A DNA stretch of 64,000 nucleotides from positions 50,770 through 114,769 of the forward strand of contig JAJZOD010000010.1 in the NCBI GenBank assembly GCA_021852055.1, read 5' to 3'. Below the pieces are notes generated by a model. That model was not told the origin of the DNA. It worked only from the letters and a program-made list of their open reading frames with translations, and did no database searches. Of the stretch, positions 38,285 through 47,414 are shown piece by piece. A program made the position numbers and the translations under genes. Source of the DNA: Candidatus Micrarchaeota archaeon (GTDB lineage: Archaea; Micrarchaeota; Micrarchaeia; Micrarchaeales; CABMGC01). Each line of letters starts with the position of its first letter. Position 1 is the stretch's first letter.

Positions 38285-39565
38285 ATGGATAATAGAATAA
38301 ACGGGTTTGTTGAAGTACCAAAAAACTTCTACAATGTGCAAAGCATTCTTGATATCCCTCCTCCAAAGGGAGAGAACATCAAATTGCTTCCGAAGATATT
38401 CCCAAAGGAGATGCTTCGTGAAGAGATGAGCAAGGACAAGTACGTGCCTATTCCAGAGGAGGTTAGGGAGGAGATGATGCGCTATAGGCCAACGCCTCTA
38501 GTCGAAGCCATAAGGCTGAAAAAGCATCTGCACCTGCCAGAAGATGTCAGGATATTGTACAAGCGTGAGGATGTTTCGCCAACAGGCAGCCACAAACTCA
38601 ACACTGCCTTGATGCAGGCATACATAAACAGCAAAGAGGGCATAGAAAGGCTGACTACTGAAACAGGGGCAGGACAGTGGGGCTCGGCTTTATCGTATGC
38701 ATGCAACAAATTTGAAGTGGACTGCACAGTGTACATGGTAAGAGCATCCTTTGGACAGAAACCATATAGGAAGGTGCTAATGAAGCTATTTGGTGCAGAT
38801 GTGGTTTCATCACCAAGCAGCAGAACGGAATATGGAAGGGAGATTATCAAGAAAGACCCCCAGACTTCAGGCTCGCTCGGAATAGCCATATCCGAAGCCA
38901 TAGAGGATGCATTGGGTAGTGATAATGTGCGCTACTCATTGGGATCCGTGCTGAACAGCGTACTGATGCATCAAACTGTCATTGGACAGGAACTCAAGGA
39001 GCAGTTGAAGCGCATAGAAGTTGTGCCTGATGCACTTGTTGGCTGTATTGGAGGCGGTTCGAACTTCGCGGGCTTTATGCTTCCTTTCATAGAGGAGAAA
39101 ATCAGTCAGAATGACGTGCTTGACATAGTTGCAGTTGAGCCCAAGGCCTGCCCATCCATAACCAGAGGCAAATATGAGTATGATTATGGCGATTCTGCAG
39201 AAATGACACCTATGCTGAAGATGTACACATTGGGCCATGACTTCGTGCCTCCGCCAATCCATGCCGGCGGTCTGAGGTATCATGGCAAGGCACCTATAGT
39301 GAGCCTGCTTGCGAACAGAGGTATTATGCGTACAGTGGCGTATGAACAAAAAAGTATATTTGATGCAGGTGTGACCTTCGCCAAAACAGAAGGCATAGTT
39401 CCTGCACCGGAATCGTCGCATGCTATAAAGGCAGCCATTGATATGGCAATAGAAGCGATGAGGCGACGAGAAAAGAAGACTATAGTCATGAACCTGAGCG
39501 GCCATGGTCTTTTTGACCTGAAAGGCTATGAGGATTACATGGATGGGAGTTTTAACCGTGCATAG
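38285..39565 (+). CDS. trpB2: Tryptophan synthase beta-like protein, TrpB2 class
   Basis: REDVSPTGSHKLNTA (PLP-Lys), TETGAGQWGSA and GCIGGGSNFAG, plus the N-terminal extension typical of TrpB2. ATG 38285 is preferred over the ORF start 38234. Confidence 0.85.
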   Translation: MDNRINGFVEVPKNFYNVQSILDIPPPKGENIKLLPKIFPKEMLREEMSKDKYVPIPEEVREEMMRYRPTPLVEAIRLKKHLHLPEDVRILYKREDVSPTGSHKLNTALMQAYINSKEGIERLTTETGAGQWGSALSYACNKFEVDCTVYMVRASFGQKPYRKVLMKLFGADVVSSPSSRTEYGREIIKKDPQTSGSLGIAISEAIEDALGSDNVRYSLGSVLNSVLMHQTVIGQELKEQLKRIEVVPDALVGCIGGGSNFAGFMLPFIEEKISQNDVLDIVAVEPKACPSITRGKYEYDYGDSAEMTPMLKMYTLGHDFVPPPIHAGGLRYHGKAPIVSLLANRGIMRTVAYEQKSIFDAGVTFAKTEGIVPAPESSHAIKAAIDMAIEAMRRREKKTIVMNLSGHGLFDLKGYEDYMDGSFNRA

Positions 39566-39678
39566 CGGGAAATCTCACATCATTTATGAGTGGGATGAAA
39601 GCGGATTTCAATCGCTATCTTCTCTCGACAGTTATGTATGCAATGGTATATATGGTTTGGTTTCGGACAAGAGCATAG

Positions 39679-40230
39679 AAAGATACATCGCAGACCAAAA
39701 AGGGATTTGATGAGGACAATAAGTATCGCATTTATCCGACAAGGGCACAGCAGAATAGGTTGTGGAAACAGTCCGTTCTGCTAACACACTTGTACAATCA
39801 GTTCCTTGAAAAGAAGATAGAGGCATACAAAACCAAAGGCATAACACTTTCAAGATACGACCTGCAGAAACTACCGCCTCAACTCAAAAAAGAACACCCT
39901 GAATACAAGGAGATTCATTCACAGGTTCTACAGCAAGTTCCAAAGAGGCTGAATGATACATACAATTCATTCTTCAAAAAGGAAGTTCGGATTCCCTAAT
40001 TTTAGAGCATCAAGATTCTTCTTTGGTTTGATCGAGTCTATTCGCAAAATATGGGATGCAGATTGCAGGATGGCAAAGTGCTGTGGGGTAAGGAAAAGAT
40101 AAGAATGTTTGAACATATCCCAATCCCGGGAAATAAAGAAAAAAATGTTAGCAGATTTATAAAACGTATCTCTGGAATAAAAGTGCATTGATCCATTCCC
40201 ACACTGAAGAGACAGGAACACTTAAAGAAG
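39679..40230 (+). pseudogene. tnpB: Truncated, frameshifted TnpB (IS200/IS605-family OrfB) N-terminal relic
   Basis: KYRIYPTRAQQNRLWKQ...LYNQFLEKKIEAYKTKG...LKKEHPEYKEIHSQVLQQVPKRLNDTYNSFFKK matches the TnpB N-terminus. There is no start codon and a stop at 39997-39999. Homology resumes in another frame (DGKVLWGKEKIRMFEHIPIPG). The RuvC and Zn-finger parts are absent. Confidence 0.6.
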
Positions 40231-40245
40231 ACGCTTGCGCCGGAT

Positions 40246-40800
40246 TCATAATTCCAGAGACATCTGCACAGATCCCACATATCGGTTCTTGTAGCGTATA
40301 TGCTTTGGTATTACCCCCCGCTTAACAAAGCCCATAGACGTATATACATGCAGCGCGCGGGAGTTTGTCTCAAATACTTCAAGGGTAATAAGTTTAAGGC
40401 CTTTCTTTTTTGAGAGCCTTATAAGTTCTGCTATAAGCACCTTGCCTATCCCTAGATTCCTGTATCTTTTTGAGATGCTTATCCCCAAAATCCCTACGTG
40501 TTCCTCACGAAGGACTTTTTGTTTTATTTCCGCAGTTCCGACTACATGGCCATCGACTTCTGCAGATAATTGAATTATGTCACCATTTTTCATCTTTAAG
40601 AGGAGTCCGCGCAGCCATTTGCTTTCGTCTTTTCTGCTCATTTTTTTGTTTGCTAATATCATTGCCTGCTCTTCTACAAGGTCGTTTATAAATTGCAGCA
40701 TATCGTCAAGATCACTGATGCACGGAGTTCTGATTATAACTTCTGTCCCATTCTGTGAGGTATACCTTCTTATTACCTGGTTTGGCTTTAGCCTCAACAT
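40246..40800 (-). CDS. GNAT-family N-acetyltransferase
   Basis: Acetyl-CoA motif A: ISISKRYRNLGIGKVLI; C-terminal ALHVYTSMGF. Confidence 0.85.
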   Translation of the reverse strand: MLRLKPNQVIRRYTSQNGTEVIIRTPCISDLDDMLQFINDLVEEQAMILANKKMSRKDESKWLRGLLLKMKNGDIIQLSAEVDGHVVGTAEIKQKVLREEHVGILGISISKRYRNLGIGKVLIAELIRLSKKKGLKLITLEVFETNSRALHVYTSMGFVKRGVIPKHIRYKNRYVGSVQMSLEL

Positions 40801-41256
40801 TTAATCTATTAAACTACATTCGGAAAATTAATAATCTTTGTGTAGGAAGTTCATTTTATTATGGAGAATTCCTGGCACTGCGGATAAATAGGCAGAGAAA
40901 CTGCCCAGAATGCTTAAATATCATGTGCAGCCTAAAGACTGCATATAGGTGAAGTGATGTCCAGCCAACACGAACACGCATCTCTCTTGATGATTCCAGA
41001 GAGCTGCATATACAAATTCTGCAACTGCGGGATATCAGTCTAATCCTGCTTCAGGCCAGCAACAAGAAACAGACTCTGATCCAGATAGACGTAGCATTCC
41101 TTCCTGGTTACCTGCCTGAGCGTTGCGGCATGTCACTTTCTACGCTCATGCTCAGTGCAAAGATACGGCACACCCCGGATCTTGTCACCTGTGCAAACAC
41201 GTGTATCCGAATATTGCGCATGGCCGGTGCTGTTGGAACCTATTTTTGGTGATAAA

Positions 41257-41943
41257 ATGATAGTATCTAGAAAAAACAGTGTCAAGATAAAACCGTATGA
41301 ACGCAGGGATTTTGTGCAGATTGCACAGATATATAAGGAGGCATTCGCTGATTATCCTTGGAACGAGTACAAAAAGTGTGTATGCGGCCAGAATTACGGC
41401 AGGGATGAGATCCGTGAACTCAGTTTATGCAAAAGATGCGGCAATGCTCCAGTGTTGTCAGACTTTTGGACTCCGGAAAATATATCGCAGGATATCGATT
41501 TGGCATTAAAACAGAGAGACCCCATATTACTTATTTCTTCTACACAGGGGGCAGTAGCAGGGTTCATTTGGGGATATAAGTTTCCTGTAGGGAAGTTTGA
41601 GTTTCTTGCTGATACACTAGGAGATTTAAGCACACGTAATTATCTGGATGACATAGCCGTAGGCTTAAATATGCGCCGAAGAGGCATTGGTACAATTCTG
41701 TGCCTCGAATATCTAAATAAAGCAGCACGAACAGGAGCTGACTCGGTAGTTTTGAGAACTGACGAAAGAAACAAAACTTCGATGGCTTTATTTAAAAATA
41801 GGGGATTTAATCTTATATATATTAATTTGGATGTGCCGTCCTGCAAAGACGGAATTTTGAGAGATCCGGAGTATAACGATAGAATCTATATGGTCAGACA
41901 AACCGAGCTTCTTATGGCAACCAAGAAAATCAAAAGAGAATAA
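41257..41943 (+). CDS. GNAT-family acetyltransferase with an inserted CxC...CxxC zinc-ribbon-like segment
   Basis: VGLNMRRRGIGTIL (motif A) and ALFKNRGF, with KCVCGQNYGRDEIRELSLCKRCGN inserted near the N-terminus. ATG 41257 is preferred over the ORF start 41155. Confidence 0.65.
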   Translation: MIVSRKNSVKIKPYERRDFVQIAQIYKEAFADYPWNEYKKCVCGQNYGRDEIRELSLCKRCGNAPVLSDFWTPENISQDIDLALKQRDPILLISSTQGAVAGFIWGYKFPVGKFEFLADTLGDLSTRNYLDDIAVGLNMRRRGIGTILCLEYLNKAARTGADSVVLRTDERNKTSMALFKNRGFNLIYINLDVPSCKDGILRDPEYNDRIYMVRQTELLMATKKIKRE

Positions 41944-41952
41944 TTAAATATA

Positions 41953-42990
41953 TTGGATAATATACAAGAAGTACACAGAGAAGATGGTATTTTGAAAGAC
42001 GTGGAAAAACTATTGAAGAAATTAATTAGCATATCTTCGGTATCTGGGGATGAAAGAGAGCTTGGCTTGTTCCTTGCAAGTATGCTTGAAGGAGATTTTA
42101 ACGTGAAAACTCAAAAGTTAGGAGACAGGTGCAATGTCCTTGCAACAATAGGCAAGCCAAATGTTCTCCTTACAACACATATGGATACAGTGCCAGGAAA
42201 ATTAGCTTTGAAAGAGGATAAGCAGTATATTTATGGCAGAGGGGCTTGTGATGCAAAGGGCTCCATGGCGGCAATGATATGTGCAGGACTGGATGCTGCT
42301 TCAGCAGGTGTAGAGAACTTCGGGCTCCTGTTTGATGTAGGAGAAGAAACGGATCTTGCTGGAATTAAAAAGGCGTTGTATATTGTAAAACCAAAGCATG
42401 TTATTGTTGGAGAACCGACAGGATTGAAAGCAGGTATAGGACAGAAGGGAGTACTTGATGTGAAGATATCATCGATTGGAAAGGCCGCGCATAGTTCAAC
42501 GCCGTATGAAGGCGTATCTGCGATAAACAGACTTCTTGACATACTGCAGAAACTTAGGAAGATGAATTTTCCACACGGTGATCTTGGGCTAACTACTGTC
42601 AATATAGGAAGGATGTCCGGGGGAGTAGTCAGCAACATAATCCCAGATTATGCTGAAGCAGAGATAGAGTTCAGGACTGTGAAGCCGAATAAAGGTATTA
42701 TAAGAACACTTGAAAGAATAACAAACAAATACAACTTTGAGATAATATGCGATCTGGACCCAGTTCCTGCATTTGACTCTGGAATTGCAGAAGTTCTCGG
42801 TGCGGAAAAGATAATTGTGCCGTATTTTACAGAGATGTTCTTCTGGAGCCAGAGTAAGGCAGTGGTATTCGGACCGGGCAATCCAAAGTTCGCACACACC
42901 ACAGAAGAGAGGATTGATAAATCTGAACTCGAAAGAGGCAGGCAGACGTATCTTATGGCGCTGCGAAACAGTGACTTAATTTTGGACTAG
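41953..42990 (+). CDS. M20-family metallohydrolase (ArgE/DapE/LysK-like deacylase)
   Basis: LLTTHMDTVP, GRGACDAKGS, DVGEETD and GKAAHSS motifs. 345 aa. TTG start. Confidence 0.8.
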   Translation: MDNIQEVHREDGILKDVEKLLKKLISISSVSGDERELGLFLASMLEGDFNVKTQKLGDRCNVLATIGKPNVLLTTHMDTVPGKLALKEDKQYIYGRGACDAKGSMAAMICAGLDAASAGVENFGLLFDVGEETDLAGIKKALYIVKPKHVIVGEPTGLKAGIGQKGVLDVKISSIGKAAHSSTPYEGVSAINRLLDILQKLRKMNFPHGDLGLTTVNIGRMSGGVVSNIIPDYAEAEIEFRTVKPNKGIIRTLERITNKYNFEIICDLDPVPAFDSGIAEVLGAEKIIVPYFTEMFFWSQSKAVVFGPGNPKFAHTTEERIDKSELERGRQTYLMALRNSDLILD

Positions 42991-43070
42991 GTGCAAAATA
43001 CCTAAATGTCAGGCCCATACTGAAACGTTGCACATAAACGTATATATATGAAAAAACACAATGCCTTGCT

Positions 43071-43625
43071 ATGTCATTTATTTCAAGAACTAAGACTGTA
43101 TTGCAAAATACTCCTAGAAAAGCCTGCGAGCCTGCACAGGCGCGCAGTGCACAACAGGCAGTGCAGCCATCAACTACGTCAACAGAAAACCGACATTCAC
43201 TTCAAACGACAAACAAAGAAGACATGGAGATTCTACTGCGAAATCAGGTAAAAGGCAGGTCAGCCAACGCAATAAATGCAATATATCATATTGGAAATGC
43301 TGCATACACTACAAGCGCATGTATCTTTGGCCTTGGCTTTGCAGATACATTTTATTCAGGCAGGGCAAATATGGGAGTGATGGACTTTAGCTTGGCTTTG
43401 ATGACAGCAGGAATTCTGATGATGAGCACAAAGAACACGTTAACTGAAAAAGTCCAAAAAAGATCGAAAACATTTAATGCGGTATTTACCGGTTATTCCG
43501 TTTCATTATTAAGCAGTACGTTGGTTGTCTCATTAAATGGCATTGGAGAGATATTTAAGCCAGAAGCATTGCCACTTTTAGGCGCTACAATGGCTTCGGG
43601 CATTTATGTTTTAATAAATACCTAA
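43071..43625 (+). CDS. Hypothetical membrane protein
   Basis: Polar N-terminal about 60 aa followed by four hydrophobic segments. No family recognised. Confidence 0.45.
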   Translation: MSFISRTKTVLQNTPRKACEPAQARSAQQAVQPSTTSTENRHSLQTTNKEDMEILLRNQVKGRSANAINAIYHIGNAAYTTSACIFGLGFADTFYSGRANMGVMDFSLALMTAGILMMSTKNTLTEKVQKRSKTFNAVFTGYSVSLLSSTLVVSLNGIGEIFKPEALPLLGATMASGIYVLINT

Positions 43626-43741
43626 TCGATTTTAATCCGGCATATTATCTGGGATTGGGGCACAAATCAGCATCCTCTTAATAAGGAGGCTTTACCAGAA
43701 TTTATACTAAATAGCAGAAATGAATTGGAATAAAGAATATC

Positions 43742-43760
43742 TTAGTATTTCTAACATAAT
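43742..43760 (+). repeat. Motif copy A: TTAGTATTTCTAACATAAT
   Basis: 17/19 identical to 44702-44720. The core GTATTTCTAACA is also present, inverted, at 45844-45855. It lies about 57 bp upstream of ATG 43813. Confidence 0.5.
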
Positions 43761-43812
43761 TTAAGATATAGTAAGATTTATTAATCTAAAAATAAATAGC
43801 TAGATAGATATC

Positions 43813-44181
43813 ATGCAAAAAATTAATAATATTAAAAAAACTGTTGTAATAACAAGTATTGTTGCTGGTAGCTTAATAGCACCCGCATTACTAAGAAGTG
43901 AAACACAATTATCAATGCAATCGCAAAAACCACAAACAACAGAAAAAAGCTTAAAATCAGATCAAAAAACAATGCAAAATTTGATTAGAGAAGATATTGC
44001 TTTGGAAAAAAGTGTTTTGCGTGTTACTACCGAAAATAAAAAATTAATGAATGAGATAGCTATTTTAAATAGAAAAGATGACAAATATGGCAATCTGGAT
44101 ATTGGAGTTTTTATTACTGGCGGACTTCTATTTTTAACTGCAGCCTCTATTTCTTTAATAAGTTTTCTTAGTAGGTGGTAA
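43813..44181 (+). CDS. Small bitopic membrane protein, paralog 1 (N-TM, coiled-coil, C-TM)
   Basis: The N-terminus VVITSIVAGSLIAPALLR resembles those of 44183 and 47010. There is a C-terminal TM, and the region is very AT-rich. Confidence 0.5.
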   Translation: MQKINNIKKTVVITSIVAGSLIAPALLRSETQLSMQSQKPQTTEKSLKSDQKTMQNLIREDIALEKSVLRVTTENKKLMNEIAILNRKDDKYGNLDIGVFITGGLLFLTAASISLISFLSRW

Positions 44182-44182
44182 T

Positions 44183-44653
44183 ATGGTAAAAATTAGTAGT
44201 AGTGCTAATAAAAAAATAGTAATAGCAGGTATACTAGCTGGAAGTTTACTGGAATTATCTCTTATACGCGGTAATGCTCCTATTTCAACAACTCCAAAAA
44301 AAGAAAGCGGTATAAGCGTTAATTATGAAGAACTGCAAAAAATGCTTAGAAAAGATGCTCAGCAAGAAAAAAGGCCACTTATAATACATAATGATAAAAA
44401 CTCAGATAATCCAATGGATACCTTAAAACTAAAAGAAAAGAAGTTAGCATCATTACTTTTATCCGAATCAAATAAAAATAAAGCATTAACCGAAAAGGCA
44501 CATGAACTAAAACTAAGTGTAAAGTACAATTCAAATATTATATTGAGCCAGTACGTACCTATAATTTTAATTTCTACTCTTTATGGCGCGATTTTTGGTG
44601 TTACTGTAAGTATTTTGGTAGTAATGGCAAATTCTGACAGATATTATAATTGA
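44183..44653 (+). CDS. Small bitopic membrane protein, paralog 2
   Basis: IVIAGILAGSLLELSLIR at the N-terminus, a charged coiled-coil middle and a C-terminal TM. It starts 1 bp after paralog 1. Confidence 0.5.
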   Translation: MVKISSSANKKIVIAGILAGSLLELSLIRGNAPISTTPKKESGISVNYEELQKMLRKDAQQEKRPLIIHNDKNSDNPMDTLKLKEKKLASLLLSESNKNKALTEKAHELKLSVKYNSNIILSQYVPIILISTLYGAIFGVTVSILVVMANSDRYYN

Positions 44654-44701
44654 ATTTAGTTATCACCTATAAAACTGCTAGATAACTACTCTTATATTAT
44701 T

Positions 44702-44720
44702 TTAGTATTTCTAATATTAT
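44702..44720 (+). repeat. Motif copy B: TTAGTATTTCTAATATTAT
   Basis: See 43742-43760. It lies 960 bp downstream of copy A. Confidence 0.5.
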
Positions 44721-45144
44721 CTTTCCTTTTTCTAATTCTCTCTTATTTTGCGTTTTAACGCACGATCTAGTTTATTAAGTATCTATTCAAAATAAAAATT
44801 TGCGTTTAAATATAGCTAAATTAGGCCCTATTTTTGTCGTCGGGAATAGTTTTGCACCTAAAAATAGCAGTTTTTATCTTGTGTTTTTGAATTGTCATAA
44901 TTATGAAATCTGGCTGTTATTTTCCATGTTTATGCAATAAAAAATATCTCACTAGGAAAAGGCATTTCTTTATACCTGTTTTTTCAAATAATAGGGATGG
45001 CTTAACCAATAAGCCTTGTTTTCCATAATTCTGAAATGAGTTACTTTTTTTACAGTGCTTTTTATTTCATATAATTGAAAATCAACAAAACCAAATAAAA
45101 AGTCTGCAAATTTCATTTAAATGAAAAACTGTTTATTTATTGTT

Positions 45145-45783
45145 TTATAAGCTCTTCAGTGGGCCTTTTAATCCATAGACCTCAGTGTGAATTTTTTCCC
45201 TAATCTTATCATACATTGATTCAGAAAGTGAATCAGGATATGACATTATGATCATCGGGATCGGCTTTTTTGTAGCAGAATAGGCTGGTTGGATATAATC
45301 AAATGGGTTTGCCTTTGCTCCTAACCTTTTATAGAAGTTTATCCTTTTGGCTGCTGTTGGACTTAATGTTTCAGGTTCAACCTCTATAACAACAGGAAAC
45401 TTTAGATTTTCTTTCAGCATCATAAATGCTTCAGGCCCATAGCCTCTACCCCTGAATTCTTTCTTTATTGCGAAATGTTCGCCAAAAGAGAAGTTGTTGA
45501 ACTCCCATATTACTGCAAATCCTGCTGTTTCATTCTTTTCAGTTATTATTGCATATAGCTTAAATTTTTTTTCTTTTAAAAACTCCTTCTCCTTGTCTAG
45601 ATCCCTTCTTTCATCAGGGGGAAACGAACTCTCGTATATATCCCAAATATCTTCGAGTCTATGGGAAGAGTAGTCTACAAGCTCTAGCTTTGTTTTATGG
45701 CCAACACTAGCCCTAAGATTATTACCAATTTCTTGCATTTTTGTTTGCATAGAGCCTATCATTTTTTTATTGATTGTTGCCAT
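45145..45783 (-). CDS. GNAT-family N-acetyltransferase
   Basis: FAIKKEFRGRGYGPEAF (motif A) and FYKRLGA. Confidence 0.75.
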   Translation of the reverse strand: MATINKKMIGSMQTKMQEIGNNLRASVGHKTKLELVDYSSHRLEDIWDIYESSFPPDERRDLDKEKEFLKEKKFKLYAIITEKNETAGFAVIWEFNNFSFGEHFAIKKEFRGRGYGPEAFMMLKENLKFPVVIEVEPETLSPTAAKRINFYKRLGAKANPFDYIQPAYSATKKPIPMIIMSYPDSLSESMYDKIREKIHTEVYGLKGPLKSL

Positions 45784-45843
45784 TTTATCACGTTAATTTT
45801 TTGGTTTGCCCAGATATATATGCTTTGTTGTGTTCTGGAATTG

Positions 45844-45855
45844 TGTTAGAAATAC
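45844..45855 (-). repeat. Motif copy C (inverted): GTATTTCTAACA on the minus strand
   Basis: The plus strand reads TGTTAGAAATAC. It lies 61-72 bp upstream of the GNAT ATG (45783) in gene orientation. Confidence 0.45.
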
Positions 45856-45871
45856 CAACAATATATTATAT

Positions 45872-45931
45872 TATCAGTACTGCATTGTAATTTTATTCAC
45901 GCAATATGCTCTTTGCACCTATCGCATCTAG
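45872..45931 (+). repeat. 60-bp direct repeat, copy 1
   Basis: TATCAGTACTGCATTGTAATTTTATTCACGCAATATGCTCTTTGCACCTATCGCATCTAG. 57/60 identical to 46831-46890. Confidence 0.9.
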
Positions 45932-46062
45932 CTTGGCTCTCAATTTCTCTACTGTCATTAGATATTCTTCGACCTGTGTTGTTGATGGGAAGTTATAGCT
46001 TATTTCAATGCTACCGCGTTTTATTTTCGCATCGCAATAGATGTGTGCATCCTTGACAAAAT

Positions 46063-46494
46063 TTACTTGAAGGGATTCTCAACTGTTATCCCAGGAATTC
46101 TTCTAAAGTCCTTCTCGTTTTCTGTGACAATAACATATATCTCATTCTCTCTCATCGTTTCTGCAATTAAGACATCCCATATAGCTACTTTTATATCAGC
46201 AGCAACAGTTATTGCCCTCTTCGTTGTTGATGTACTGTAATCCAACTTGATCCAATCTTGCGAATCAAAAAAATCTAGTATTATTGACTTTGCTTCCTCT
46301 GCTGCGAGGGGTTTTGAAATGAATCTTGTAAGCACGTTGTAAAGCTCTAATAACACTTGGTTCGAGACAATAACTCTGCCTCCTTTGTTAAGAATATCAT
46401 CGATGAGATTTGTTGTAATAGCATGCTTTTTCTGATCGGCCTTATCGAATGCATATACCAATACGGATGTATCGATGAATTTATCATCTTGCAT
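46063..46494 (-). CDS. vapC: PIN-domain toxin (VapC)
   Basis: KFIDTSVLVYAF (first acidic PIN residue), ...DVLIAETM..., ...IVTENEKDF. ATG 46494 overlaps the vapB end by 11 bp. Confidence 0.85.
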   Translation of the reverse strand: MQDDKFIDTSVLVYAFDKADQKKHAITTNLIDDILNKGGRVIVSNQVLLELYNVLTRFISKPLAAEEAKSIILDFFDSQDWIKLDYSTSTTKRAITVAADIKVAIWDVLIAETMRENEIYVIVTENEKDFRRIPGITVENPFK

Positions 46495-46711
46495 GCCAGT
46501 CATCTCTGATACCAATTATTTTACCAAGGTCATATCCTTTCTTCATGCGATTTAAGATACGTGCACTCGCATCCTTGCTTCGGTTGGACTCCGCAAAGCT
46601 CTTCTCTTTTAGAAGAATTGCTTTTATAACTTCAGAGAAGCTCTTGTCATTCTTCTTTCTTTTTAAGAGTTCCGAATAAACCTCATCGGATATTGCTATT
46701 TGCTTGGCCAT
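46484..46711 (-). CDS. vapB: VapB-type antitoxin
   Basis: MAKQIAISDEVYSELLKRKKNDKSFSEVIKAIL is the common archaeal small-antitoxin pattern, directly upstream of the PIN gene. Confidence 0.75.
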   Translation of the reverse strand: MAKQIAISDEVYSELLKRKKNDKSFSEVIKAILLKEKSFAESNRSKDASARILNRMKKGYDLGKIIGIRDDWHAR

Positions 46712-46830
46712 GCAAGTCACATATGTATATGTATACCTAATGATATAAATAGTTTTCCTTGTCTTGAATTATGTTGGAAGTACTTTAACATTCTTGTCTA
46801 TTCAGTTATCGCAATGTATAATCTTATTTT

Positions 46831-46890
46831 TATCAGTACCGCATTGTAATTTTATTCACGCAATATGCTCTTTGCACGTATTGCATCTAG
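46831..46890 (+). repeat. 60-bp direct repeat, copy 2
   Basis: Offset 959 bp from copy 1, with mismatches at 46840, 46878 and 46882. Confidence 0.9.
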
Positions 46891-47009
46891 TTATGTCTAA
46901 TCCGAGATGCTTTTGTAGCACACATTTTAGTATAATTAATATGCGAATTGGATTTTGAATCGTGGTTGGCTTAGTCAATGCCATTCGATTTTTGATTGCT
47001 TTGGTTGTT

Positions 47010-47414
47010 TTAGTCATTACCGGCCATTCCGATAAGCAGAAAAGGCATCGATGCAACAAGGCCTGCCACTGCGCCCCATGAAATATTAGCGCAGATTTCT
47101 GCGTCTTCCATGTCCTCTTTTCTTTTCAGGATCTTCAACTGGTTAGCACCGGATTTAATACTGTCTGTATTCAAAGTCTTTTTTACAGGATCGTTATAAT
47201 TATTCGGAGGGTCTGCTTTACGTACAATGCCTTTGATTGCGACTGCTCTGCTCAAGTATACACTGTCGTAGTAAGTCCCAACAGTTTCTGTTCCAATACT
47301 AATAAGACTTCCTGCAATCCCTATAGCCATAAGTGTTTTTGCAGGAGAAAATTTCATGCTGTCTTTGTTACTTGATTTATTAGCTTCTTTCTGCTGTATG
47401 GTTTTATGATTCAT
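47010..47414 (-). CDS. Small membrane protein, paralog 3 of the 43813/44183 family
   Basis: N-terminal TM LMAIGIAGSLISIGTE shares the (I/V)AGSL(I/L) core, and there is a C-terminal TM (WGAVAGLVASMPFLLIGMAG). Confidence 0.5.
   Translation of the reverse strand: MNHKTIQQKEANKSSNKDSMKFSPAKTLMAIGIAGSLISIGTETVGTYYDSVYLSRAVAIKGIVRKADPPNNYNDPVKKTLNTDSIKSGANQLKILKRKEDMEDAEICANISWGAVAGLVASMPFLLIGMAGND

Noticed and set aside
40801-41256. Possible second IS remnant in the 450-bp gap between the two GNAT genes (minus-strand fragment ATLRQVTRKECYVYLDQSLFLVAGLKQD).
   Set aside because: The fragment is too short and matches no transposase motif I can name. It is not reported as a feature.
44654-45144. Several 12-48-codon ORFs in the AT-rich gap (for example minus-strand MKFADFLFGFVDFQLYEIKS..., about 44970-45116).
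   Set aside because: They are short and broken across frames, with no recognisable motif or RBS pattern. I treat this as decayed DNA rather than genes, though a micro-protein cannot be excluded.
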